Below, piece after piece: positions 8,542 through 17,702 of a stretch of 64,000 nucleotides of DNA. A program made the position numbers and the translations under genes. This stretch comes from Gemmatimonadales bacterium (GTDB taxonomy: Bacteria; Gemmatimonadota; Gemmatimonadetes; Gemmatimonadales; GWC2-71-9): the NCBI GenBank assembly GCA_041615815.1, contig JBFJCP010000004.1:32001-96000 (forward strand), given 5' to 3'. Each line of letters opens with the position of its first letter. Position 1 is the first letter of the stretch. Below the pieces are notes generated by a model. That model saw nothing but the letters and a program-made list of their open reading frames with translations. It was not told the DNA's origin and did not search any database.

Positions 8542-11216
8542 GCGTGCTCCGGGCCCCCACGGCGGCTGCCCTTGCTGCCTTGGTCTTGGGCACGAGCCCC
8601 CCCGCCGCAGCGCAGGACGACCTGGTCCCCCCTGAAGGTCGGGCGGTGGTCACGGTCGTCCCGGGAAGCGAGTACGGCGCCGGTCGGCTGCACCGCTTCT
8701 TCTTCGGCACCGACTATCGAAGTCTCTGGACCACACCCATTACCGTTCCCGTCCTGGATCTCGACTCACTCGAGGGGGGGTTGCGGCCGCTGCGCCGGGG
8801 TGGATTTGGCCAGACCACCTCCTTGCACCTGCTGTCTGCCGACGGGCGACGTTTCGTCTTCCGATCCGTGAATAAGGACCCATCCCGAGGTCTCCCGTCC
8901 ATGCTACGGGGGACCTTCGTGGACGCCATTGTGCAAGATCAGATCAGCGCGCTGCATCCCGACGCAGCGATCATCGTGGCGCCCCTGCTCGAGGCAGCGG
9001 GCGTGCTCCACGCTGAGCCGCACCTCCTGGTGATGCCGGACGATCCCCGCCTTGGTGAGTTCCGAAAAGAGTTCGCCGGCATGTTGGCGACGCTGGAGGA
9101 GCGGCCGGACGAAGCCGACGAAGGCGAACCCGGTTTTGCCGAGTCGCGTCGTGTGGTCGGCACGGAGCGGCTCTTTGAGCGCATGGAAGACAACCCGCGA
9201 AACCGCGTGGACGGTCGTGATTTTCTGGCGGCGCGGCTCATGGATTTGTTCCTGGGCGATCGGGACCGCCATTCGGACCAGTGGCGCTGGGCGCGATTTC
9301 CCGAGGGAGAGAATTTCGCGTGGCGTGCCATCCCGCGAGATCGGGACCAGGCCTTCTTTGCGCTGGGCGGCTTCGTGCCGTGGCTCACACGATTCTGGAC
9401 CCCGCAGTTCGTGGCGTTTGGCGATGATTACCCGAACCTCGTGTGGGCCACGTGGAACGGCCGTGGACTCGACCGACGAATTCTCGTGGGGCTCGAGCGC
9501 TCCGCGTGGCAGTCGGTGGCCGCGGACCTCCAAGCGCGGCTCAGCGATTCGGTGATCGACGCGGCGGTTGAGCGAATGCCGCCGGCACATTACGCCCTGA
9601 ATGGTGAACGCCTCGCCCGCCTCCTCAAGCTGCGACGCGACAAGCTCGGCGCCTTGGCAGGCGACTATTATCGATTACTGGCTGAGTATGTAGATATTCA
9701 TGCGACCGACAAGGACGAGGTTGCGTTCGTCACGCGCTTGCCGAACGAAGAGGTGGAAATCCGACTCTATCGCCGTCGAAAGCGGCGGGAGTTGTCGGAA
9801 GAAGATCGGTACTTCCGACGGTTGTTTCAGGGATCGGAAACAAAAGAGATACGTCTCTTCATGCATGGGGGAGACGATCGGGTGGTGGTCCAGGGAGCCG
9901 TGGATCGGAGTATCCTCATGCACATCGTTGGTGGTGGGGGGGATGACGAGCTTCTCGACTCCTCGCTGGTGCGGGATCAGCGCCGGCGGACCCGGTTCTA
10001 CGACTCGCGGGGAGACAACGAGTTCTTTGCGGGGTCCAAAACGGTCGTCGACACGTTCGAGCGAACCCGCGATCAGCTCACCGAGCGGTTCGAGGCGCCG
10101 CCACCAGTGGGTCCGTTTGGCGTCCATGCACGGAATTGGGGGAGCTGGCTGCGTCCGGCCGTGTGGGTCGCTGCCGAGCCAGATGTCGGGCTGTTCCTGG
10201 GTGGCGGAATGGTGTTGTACACGTATGGCTTCCGCAAAACCCCCTATCGGTACCAGCTCTCGCTGCGGGGCGGATACGCCCTTGGCGCCGGACGGGGTCG
10301 GGCAGAGGTCCGGTTGGAATCTCCGTCGTTGGCATACAATCTCGAGGGTGCAATCGTAGCGAGAGCGTCGGGCATCGACGTCGTCAACTTCCACGGATTC
10401 GGCAATGAGACGCTGGAGCTGGATGACGACTTTGTCCGGGTGCGGCAGGAGCTGTACACGTTCACACCCACGCTCACGCTCAAGCTGATGGGCGAATGGG
10501 GAAGGCGAGGGGACGACGACAGTGACACGGACCGGCGTCTTCCCCCATCGCTGTCACTCCAATTCGGTCCGGTAGTGAAAGTGGCGCGTACGAGGATCGA
10601 TGTCGGGGGCATTCTGGACCAGCTCCGTCCCCTGGGCATCAATACGTTTGGCCAGGTCGGTGCTGTGCTGGGAGTAGAATACGACTCGCGAGACCGGCTG
10701 CTCGCGCCGTCTCGTGGCTTGTATGTTCGAGCCGAAGGGCACGTCTACGCGCCGGTGCTCACGGTGGAAGAAGTGTTCGGCAGGAGTGGTGGTGAGGTGC
10801 GAACGTATCTGACGCCGGGGGACGGCTTCCACGCACCCACCCTCGCGCTGCGCGTGGGTGCCGAAAAGGTCTGGGGAACCTTCCCCTTCTTCGAGGCCGC
10901 GTTTGTCGGAGGCTCGACGACATTGCGGGGTTTTCGGAATCAGCGGTTTGCCGGCGACGGCGCTGTGTACGGAGGGGGTGAGCTCCGATTGGCGTTGGCG
11001 CGATACTCAGCAGTGGTTCCGGGACAGGTGGGGGTGTTTGGTTTTACCGACGTGGGCCGAGTCTTTTTCGAAGGAGAGGATTCCAACCGCTGGCACGTGG
11101 GAGCCGGTGGTGGCATCTGGCTATCGATCCTCGAGCGGGCGAATACGGTCAGTATCGGGCTCGCGAAGAGTGCCGAGCGGGTAGCGCTGTATGCCGGCGC
11201 TGGCTTCGCGTTTTGA
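8538..11216 (+). CDS. Omp85 (BamA/TamA)-family outer membrane protein with N-terminal kinase-like domain
   Basis: Signal peptide; GGFGQT, GDRDRHSDQW, IPRDRDQAF; C-terminal barrel with LRGFRNQRFAGD and terminal Phe. Confidence 0.78.
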   Translation: MSVLRAPTAAALAALVLGTSPPAAAQDDLVPPEGRAVVTVVPGSEYGAGRLHRFFFGTDYRSLWTTPITVPVLDLDSLEGGLRPLRRGGFGQTTSLHLLSADGRRFVFRSVNKDPSRGLPSMLRGTFVDAIVQDQISALHPDAAIIVAPLLEAAGVLHAEPHLLVMPDDPRLGEFRKEFAGMLATLEERPDEADEGEPGFAESRRVVGTERLFERMEDNPRNRVDGRDFLAARLMDLFLGDRDRHSDQWRWARFPEGENFAWRAIPRDRDQAFFALGGFVPWLTRFWTPQFVAFGDDYPNLVWATWNGRGLDRRILVGLERSAWQSVAADLQARLSDSVIDAAVERMPPAHYALNGERLARLLKLRRDKLGALAGDYYRLLAEYVDIHATDKDEVAFVTRLPNEEVEIRLYRRRKRRELSEEDRYFRRLFQGSETKEIRLFMHGGDDRVVVQGAVDRSILMHIVGGGGDDELLDSSLVRDQRRRTRFYDSRGDNEFFAGSKTVVDTFERTRDQLTERFEAPPPVGPFGVHARNWGSWLRPAVWVAAEPDVGLFLGGGMVLYTYGFRKTPYRYQLSLRGGYALGAGRGRAEVRLESPSLAYNLEGAIVARASGIDVVNFHGFGNETLELDDDFVRVRQELYTFTPTLTLKLMGEWGRRGDDDSDTDRRLPPSLSLQFGPVVKVARTRIDVGGILDQLRPLGINTFGQVGAVLGVEYDSRDRLLAPSRGLYVRAEGHVYAPVLTVEEVFGRSGGEVRTYLTPGDGFHAPTLALRVGAEKVWGTFPFFEAAFVGGSTTLRGFRNQRFAGDGAVYGGGELRLALARYSAVVPGQVGVFGFTDVGRVFFEGEDSNRWHVGAGGGIWLSILERANTVSIGLAKSAERVALYAGAGFAF

Positions 11217-11331
11217 GACGAGGCCGGGAACCCCCGTACTGGATGGGTGGTATCTTCCCTTAAGGCATTTTCCTCACGGTCTCGCCGCAGCGCCGTCACC
11301 AGGCTATCGACTTCACAAGGATCTGATCGAG

Positions 11332-13545
11332 ATGTCACGATACGTTGCCTACTTATGCGCCACACTGACGCTCGCGGGATCGGTGCATGCGCAACAGCCC
11401 GAGTTCACCGTGCAGACGATTTTCGGAGGCGATGCGTTCAGTGCCGAGACTCCGTCGATCGCATGGATGGCCGATGGGCGCCACTACGCCGTGCTGGAGC
11501 GCGGACCGGATGGTACAACCAACCTCTACAGCGTCGACGCCCGGTCAGGGGACCGTACGATGCTCGTCCGTGGTCGGGACCTCGTCCCTCCAGGTGGATC
11601 CGCCTCGCTCACGATCGAGGACTATGCATTCAGTCCCGACAGTACCGTGCTGCTCATCTATGCGAATTCGATTCGCGTATGGCGGCGCAACACCAAGGGA
11701 AAGTACTACCTGTGGGACTTCGCCCGTCGGTCGTTGCGGCCGTTGAGCGCCGTGGAGGGCTACCAGCAGTTCGCCAAGTTCTCGCCTGACGGACGCTACA
11801 TCGGTTTCGTGCGGAGCAACAACCTCTTCGTCCACGATCGTCGGAACGGTGAGGAGCGGCAGCTCACGGTGGATGGCAGCGACGACATCATCAACGGCAC
11901 GACCGATTGGGTGTACGAGGAGGAATTGGACCTTCGGGACGCCTATCGTTTCAGCCCGGACGGGAGCCGAATCGTCTTCTGGCGATTCGATCAGTCGGCC
12001 ATCAAGCCATTCTACCTGATCGATGAGACCACGCTCTATCCCACCCTCGTACCCGTCCGCTATCCGAAAGCGGGGACACGCAATTCGTCGGTCCGGCTGG
12101 GGGTCGTGGAGATCGCGTCCGGCCGAACCACTTGGATGGATCTCGGCCCCGAGCCGGATATGTACGTTGCCGAGGGTGGGTTTGCCGGATCGCCGGATGA
12201 AGTGTGGTTCACTCGACTCAACCGATACCAGAACCGACTCGATCTCGTGCTCGCCGACGTCCGCACGGGCGTCTCGCGGGTGGTCATGTCGGACCGGGAT
12301 TCTGCCTGGGTGGACGCCAACGTGCCCCGCTGGCTCGATGGCGGCCGCCGCTTCCTGTTTCCAAGTGAACGTGACGGATACCGGCAGCTGTTCTTGTTCA
12401 ATCGGAACGGGGATGTGCTGCGGAAGATCACTACCGCACCGTGGGACGTGACCGAGGTCTTCGGTGTCGACGAGCCCCGCGCGATCGTGTATTTCAGCGG
12501 GACGGGGGAAGGTCCGCGCACCCGACCCATTTATGCTATGACGCTCGACGGTGGGCACTTGCGGCAGGTAACACCGCCGGGTGGATGGCACGACGCCAGC
12601 TTTGGGCCCCACTACGATCTGTTCGTCGACACCTATTCCACGGCCACGATGCCGCCGGCGCAGGTGCTGTACGATCGCGAAGGGCGTCACCTGCGCACGA
12701 TCGGGAATAACGAGGAAATGCGACGGAGGCTCGAGGCTCTGGCGCTCGTTCCCCCGGAATTCACCGAGGTCCCGGGGGCCGACGGTGTGTCGCTCGGCGC
12801 ATTCATCGTCAAGCCACCCCATTTCGATCCGACCAAACAGTACCCGCTCTTGATGTACGTGTACGGTGGACCCGGCTCCCAAACGGTGACGGATCGTTGG
12901 GGTGGCACCCGATACCTCTGGCACCAGATGCTGGCGCGGGAGGGATACGTGGTGGCCAGCGTCGATAACCGCGGGACGGGAGCCCGTGGTAGAGATTTCA
13001 AGAAGATGACGTACCGCCGGCTGGGATATTTCGAACCGCGGGATCAGATTGCGGCGGCGCAATACTTGGCCGGGCTCTCGTGGATCGACGAGGACCGGCT
13101 TGGGATATGGGGGTGGAGTTACGGGGGCTACATGTCGCTGCTCTCGATGTTTCAGGGCGAAGGTGTCTTTCGGGCGGCAATCTCAGTGGCACCGGTGACC
13201 GACTGGCAGTTGTACGACACCATCTACACCGAGCGGTACATGCGTACACCGCAGGAGAACCCCGAGGGCTATGAGCGGGGTGCGCCCGTGAGCTATGCCG
13301 ATCGATTGCAGGGGAAGCTGCTGGTCGTGCACGGCACCGGAGACGATAACGTGCACTCGCAGAATACCACGTGGCTGGTCCGGCGATTGGAAGAGGCAGG
13401 CAAACAGTTCGACCTGCGTTTGTACCCCAACAAGACCCACTCGATTGCCGGGGCCCGGACACGAGTGAATCTGTATGGCTTGTTTACCGAGTGGCTCGAG
13501 GAGAACTTGAAGCCCGGGCCGGTCGCGCTGGGCATCACGCCCTAA
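11332..13545 (+). CDS. Dipeptidyl-peptidase IV (S9B)
   Basis: DWVYEEE, GWSYGG, HGTGDDNVH; signal peptide from ATG 11332. Confidence 0.95.
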   Translation: MSRYVAYLCATLTLAGSVHAQQPEFTVQTIFGGDAFSAETPSIAWMADGRHYAVLERGPDGTTNLYSVDARSGDRTMLVRGRDLVPPGGSASLTIEDYAFSPDSTVLLIYANSIRVWRRNTKGKYYLWDFARRSLRPLSAVEGYQQFAKFSPDGRYIGFVRSNNLFVHDRRNGEERQLTVDGSDDIINGTTDWVYEEELDLRDAYRFSPDGSRIVFWRFDQSAIKPFYLIDETTLYPTLVPVRYPKAGTRNSSVRLGVVEIASGRTTWMDLGPEPDMYVAEGGFAGSPDEVWFTRLNRYQNRLDLVLADVRTGVSRVVMSDRDSAWVDANVPRWLDGGRRFLFPSERDGYRQLFLFNRNGDVLRKITTAPWDVTEVFGVDEPRAIVYFSGTGEGPRTRPIYAMTLDGGHLRQVTPPGGWHDASFGPHYDLFVDTYSTATMPPAQVLYDREGRHLRTIGNNEEMRRRLEALALVPPEFTEVPGADGVSLGAFIVKPPHFDPTKQYPLLMYVYGGPGSQTVTDRWGGTRYLWHQMLAREGYVVASVDNRGTGARGRDFKKMTYRRLGYFEPRDQIAAAQYLAGLSWIDEDRLGIWGWSYGGYMSLLSMFQGEGVFRAAISVAPVTDWQLYDTIYTERYMRTPQENPEGYERGAPVSYADRLQGKLLVVHGTGDDNVHSQNTTWLVRRLEEAGKQFDLRLYPNKTHSIAGARTRVNLYGLFTEWLEENLKPGPVALGITP

Positions 13546-13589
13546 CGGCGGTCGCGCGATGCCGGACGCGCCCGCTGCCCACCCTGGGG

Positions 13590-14708
13590 TCAGTCCAACA
13601 GGAGGCGTCTGATCCCGCGGTCGAGGAGGGCAAGCGCCGCGTCGAGCTCCGCTGGCTCGTTGCCGAATCCGAGTCGCAGGTGATGTGGACGATCGAAGTG
13701 CTCGCCGGGCACGAGGAGGATATTCTCCTCCGCGCGGATCGACTCGACGAGTTGGAGCGCCTCCATCGGGTGCCGGTAGCGCACGAAGCAAATGGCCCCG
13801 GCCTGGGGGGGTCTCCAATCGAACAGCTCGCCAAACTGTCCGAGCCACCGTTCCAGCGTTGGATAGTTATTCAGGAGAATGGTTCGGGTTCGCTGAAGGA
13901 TGGCTTCCCGCACCGTGAGGGCCCGCACCGCCAGATAATCACTGGCCGGACTGGGACCGATGACCGTGTAATCGTGCCGTTGCACGACGGCATCCCGGAA
14001 CGTCCGTGGACCCACGATCCAACCGATGCGCAGTCCCGGAAGGGCGTATGCTTTGGAAAGTCCGTTGACGATGATGAGGCGGTCGTACCCGCCCCACAAC
14101 GAAGAAGTGGTGACACCGTCCAGTTCGGCCCCTTGATACACCTCGTCGGCTAGGACCCACGCTCCAACGGCGCTCGCCCGCTCGAGAATGCCCCGCCGCG
14201 CTTCCGCCGACAAGACGTGTCCCGTCGGATTGTTGGGGTTGGTGACGACGACCAATTTGGTCTTGGCCGGGATCGTCCGGGTCAGATCGTCCAAGTTGGG
14301 CTCCCAGCCGAGCTCACGGTGCAGCGGCAGCGAAGTGACGTGCGCACCGAAATTCCGAGCTATCCCCCAGGTCTGCAGATACGTGGGTGTCAGCACGGTC
14401 ACGCGGTCGCCGGGCTCGATCAAGGTCCAGCAGGCGACGAAGTTGGCTTCCGAGCTGCCAACCGTGACCACGATCTGGTCATTGCTGGTGCCATCGTAGA
14501 GATCGGCGACGGCTGTGCGGAGGCGCTCGGTGCCGTCAGACTGACTGTACACCATGCGGAGGGCCAAGAACTCCTCGGGATCCGTACCGGCCATCGTGAG
14601 CAGTTCGGAGATCGCGAGGGGATGTACCCCGCTTTCCGACAGGTTGTACCGCACGCGGTTCTCCCACGTGCTTTGCCAACGCTCGAGATCGAAAGCATGG
14701 AAGGACAC
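13590..14708 (-). CDS. Class I/II PLP-dependent aminotransferase
   Basis: NLSESG, NPNNPTG, DEVY, GLSKAYALPGLRIGW; GTG start with GGAG RBS. Confidence 0.9.
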   Translation of the reverse strand: MSFHAFDLERWQSTWENRVRYNLSESGVHPLAISELLTMAGTDPEEFLALRMVYSQSDGTERLRTAVADLYDGTSNDQIVVTVGSSEANFVACWTLIEPGDRVTVLTPTYLQTWGIARNFGAHVTSLPLHRELGWEPNLDDLTRTIPAKTKLVVVTNPNNPTGHVLSAEARRGILERASAVGAWVLADEVYQGAELDGVTTSSLWGGYDRLIIVNGLSKAYALPGLRIGWIVGPRTFRDAVVQRHDYTVIGPSPASDYLAVRALTVREAILQRTRTILLNNYPTLERWLGQFGELFDWRPPQAGAICFVRYRHPMEALQLVESIRAEENILLVPGEHFDRPHHLRLGFGNEPAELDAALALLDRGIRRLLLD

Positions 14709-14738
14709 GGCGCTGCTCCGAGGGGGACGAGCGAATAT

Positions 14739-14820
14739 GGCTGGATGGCAGGGAGGACGGAAGGCGAGAAAGTGAGAAGGTTGGAAAGTGAGCCTGTCGA
14801 ACATTCCAACCTTCCAATCC
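14739..14820. repeat. Octamer tandem repeat with inverted arm (hairpin)
   Basis: GGCTGGAT GGCAGGGA GGACGGAA GGCGAGAA AGTGAGAA GGTTGGAA; GAAGGTTGGAA pairs with TTCCAACCTTC. Confidence 0.65.
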
Positions 14821-14851
14821 ACTCGCCTCCGACGTCGCGCTGCTTCCGTTG

Positions 14852-15946
14852 TTAGCTTCCTCGTTGGATCCGGACGGAACCCGAGCCGGTGTCGATCTCG
14901 AGGCGGCCGTTGCCATCCCCGATGGTGCCTGCGACGTACGTCCGTTCCCATTTCTGAAGTTGCATGGGAAAATCGATGTCGATGCCCCCGCTGCCGGTGT
15001 CGATCTCCACACGGGCGCCGAAGTCGTCGGGGACGGTGACGGTCACGCCGCCGGACCCGGTATCGATGACCACACGTCGCGGGACGCTCGTAAGCTCGAG
15101 GTGCACGGAGCCGCTGCCCGTATCGAGTAGAACGTCCTGTGCGGAAGCGTTACCGACCTCGATGCGCCCCGAGCCGGTATCGACATTGAGATCGCTCACG
15201 GTGACATCCGAGACCGTGACTCCACCGGAGCCCGTGTCCACGATGAGGGTGCCACCGCTCACGCGACTGACGTCGACGGTGCCCGATCCGGTATCCAGGA
15301 GTATGTCACCCTGGGCATCGGAGACGCGAACATGTCCGCTACCGGTATCGACGACGAGCGACCCGGACGTTCCGCTGGCTTCCACGGAGGCGTGGTGCGT
15401 GTCGATGCGGATACGTCCGTCGACGTTGGTTGCGGTGACCTCACCGGCCGCGAGATAGAGATCGAGACGCTGTGAGGGCGGCACCAGGATCCGGAGATCT
15501 GCCCAGGCCTCGAATCCGCTGCCGTAACTGGAGATCCGAACGCGACGGCCGCGGCCGCGGTCTCGCCAGTCCGAGTCGCTGAAGGTGCCATCGTCCCGCA
15601 CTCGGAGTTGTGTGTCCCAGTGACCGCGATCGTCTCCGTACACGATGTCATCGTCGGGGTAGACGACTCGGAGGGTTTGGCGTCCGTCGATCGGGCCTCG
15701 TGCCACTTGGAGCCTCGACGCGTCGGGCCCGCGGCGGGTCAGCTCGACGACCACGGCGGACCCGGTTCCGCGGACCAGCGTGGCCGTGCCCGCCAGGTTG
15801 TAAATGACCACGTCGGGTGCGGCAATCTCGTATCGCTCTGTTTGTTGGGCGGTTGCGGGGAGCTCGAGCGCGAAGAGGAACAGACCGGCCATCGCGAGGG
15901 ATCGGTATGGGACGCACCAGGGCGCCCACATGCGCGGCAATATCAT
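14852..15946 (-). CDS. DUF4097 beta-strand repeat protein (exported)
   Basis: Repeated DTGSG-x-V units; signal-like N-terminus; start uncertain. Confidence 0.85.
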   Translation of the reverse strand: MILPRMWAPWCVPYRSLAMAGLFLFALELPATAQQTERYEIAAPDVVIYNLAGTATLVRGTGSAVVVELTRRGPDASRLQVARGPIDGRQTLRVVYPDDDIVYGDDRGHWDTQLRVRDDGTFSDSDWRDRGRGRRVRISSYGSGFEAWADLRILVPPSQRLDLYLAAGEVTATNVDGRIRIDTHHASVEASGTSGSLVVDTGSGHVRVSDAQGDILLDTGSGTVDVSRVSGGTLIVDTGSGGVTVSDVTVSDLNVDTGSGRIEVGNASAQDVLLDTGSGSVHLELTSVPRRVVIDTGSGGVTVTVPDDFGARVEIDTGSGGIDIDFPMQLQKWERTYVAGTIGDGNGRLEIDTGSGSVRIQRGS

Positions 15947-16044
15947 GGGGAAACTCCTTGGATCTCGGGCTTAGGATCCTGACGGTTTGCCCCGTTGGAT
16001 AGTTTCACTGGCCGGAACGTTGCATTCGGGGGGGGTCGGTTTCC

Positions 16045-16992
16045 TCAGGGCCCCCCGTCGGCAGACACGGGTTCGAACGGGGCGCGTGCCCCATCCTTCC
16101 CCTCAAGGCGGTTGTCGTAGAACCGCGTGGTCGGGTACGCGAAGTCGACATCGTCGAATCGGGCAAAGGCCTCGAGTATGTCTTCCCAAATGGTCTGGGC
16201 GGTTCCCCGTCGTTCCCTGGGGTCGCACAAATACCGCACCGTGAGGAGCACACCGCTATCGATGACGCTCGTGTACACGATGGGTGTGAGCTTGGAGTAG
16301 AAAATCATGAATCGGCGCGACACCTCGCGAATATTGTGCTCGGCTGTTTCGGTGAGATGGGTCGCGTGGTCTCGCGCAATCTCCTCGAGTGCTTCCTTGG
16401 CCCGGCGCCAGTTGCTTTCGAACGTGACCAAAACGGGAAGCTCATTCCAGATGTGCTGGAAGCCCTTCGTGTAATTCGCCAGAGGATCAGAGAGCACCCT
16501 ACCGTTGGGCACGTGGATGATGCGACCGGTGCTCTGATCGGCGTGCACCCAGTTCCCGATCTCCATGAGCGTGAACTGGAAGATCCGGATGTCGATCACG
16601 TCACCGCGGTTGTCGCCCACCTCAATACGGTCGCCAAGCTCGAATGGCCGGCGCCACACAATGAACGCCCAGCCTGCCAAATTCACGACCAAGTCCTTGA
16701 GGGCGATCGCCAGCCCAGCGGAGACCAGGCCCAGGAACGTCCCGAGCGAGCCAATGGCGTTGGCCCAGATGAAACCGACGATGATGACATCGAGCGCAAA
16801 CGAGGTGTAGCTACTGGATTTCTGCCACCGGTAGCGCGCCCGAATGTCGTCCACGCTGCGGAACACCACGGAGAGGACGATGCGGCGGAGACCCCAGACC
16901 GCGAGCACGACCAGGACCGACGCCAGCAGCTTCTGTTGGGTCGCCAGCCCGATGCCCAGGGATTGCTGAATCCAGGTAGAAACCTGTTCCAT
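16045..16992 (-). CDS. MscS family mechanosensitive channel
   Basis: AGLAIALKD, PFELGDRIEV, GRIIHVPN, FAYPT. Confidence 0.92.
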   Translation of the reverse strand: MEQVSTWIQQSLGIGLATQQKLLASVLVVLAVWGLRRIVLSVVFRSVDDIRARYRWQKSSSYTSFALDVIIVGFIWANAIGSLGTFLGLVSAGLAIALKDLVVNLAGWAFIVWRRPFELGDRIEVGDNRGDVIDIRIFQFTLMEIGNWVHADQSTGRIIHVPNGRVLSDPLANYTKGFQHIWNELPVLVTFESNWRRAKEALEEIARDHATHLTETAEHNIREVSRRFMIFYSKLTPIVYTSVIDSGVLLTVRYLCDPRERRGTAQTIWEDILEAFARFDDVDFAYPTTRFYDNRLEGKDGARAPFEPVSADGGP

Positions 16993-17051
16993 CCGTGTGT
17001 CCCGCTACGTTGGTGAATATATGACGACGGGTGGATGGCGTTCGCTAGCCC

Positions 17052-17702
17052 TCACACGGGGCTAGGCGCCAACGCGGCCAATTCGGAGGGGTGGGAGAGC
17101 CAAAAATCCGGTGTATAGGGCTCGAGCGCCTGCTTCGTGAACGGCCCCCAGAGGACCGCCGCCACGCGCACGCCGGCCGCGCGGCCGGCCCCCATGTCAT
17201 GGGTGGAATCTCCCACGAAAATCGTCTCACCGGCGGCGGCTCCCAATCGGTCGAGAGCCATCCGTACCGGTTCCGGATCCGGCTTTGGGCGCGCAACGTC
17301 GTCCGCGCACACCAGCACGTCGAAGTACCGGGCCAGGTCGCAGTGTTCCAGCCCCCGGATGGCCGATTCCCGCATCTTGCTGGTCACGACACCGAGGCGC
17401 GTCCCCCGGTCGTGCAGCAGACGAACGGCCGCGTCGACCCCGGGATACCGACGCACCAACCGATCGTGGTGCTGGCGGTTGTGTACGCGATACGTCTGCA
17501 CCATGGCCTCGATCTCAGCCGGGCTTGCCGTAAACCGTCGGAACTGCACCGAGATGGGGGTGCCAAGTCCCTCGAGCCAGAGCTCGTCCGGCGGGACCGC
17601 GCCGCGATGCGTCTCGAGGGTGTGACGATACGAGCTCAAAATCAGCTCGATGGTGTCGATCAGTGTCCCGTCGAGATCGAACAGCAGCGTGCTGGCTGAC
17701 AC
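17052..17702 (-). CDS. HAD-IA hydrolase, PpaX pyrophosphatase-like
   Basis: FDLDGTLIDT, VVTSK, KPDPEP, VGDSTHD. Confidence 0.88.
   Translation of the reverse strand: MSASTLLFDLDGTLIDTIELILSSYRHTLETHRGAVPPDELWLEGLGTPISVQFRRFTASPAEIEAMVQTYRVHNRQHHDRLVRRYPGVDAAVRLLHDRGTRLGVVTSKMRESAIRGLEHCDLARYFDVLVCADDVARPKPDPEPVRMALDRLGAAAGETIFVGDSTHDMGAGRAAGVRVAAVLWGPFTKQALEPYTPDFWLSHPSELAALAPSPV

Noticed and set aside
14852..15400. Repeated DTGSG-coding DNA as CRISPR or tandem repeat
   Set aside because: Protein-level DUF4097 repeats with degenerate codons; no spacers and no cas genes.
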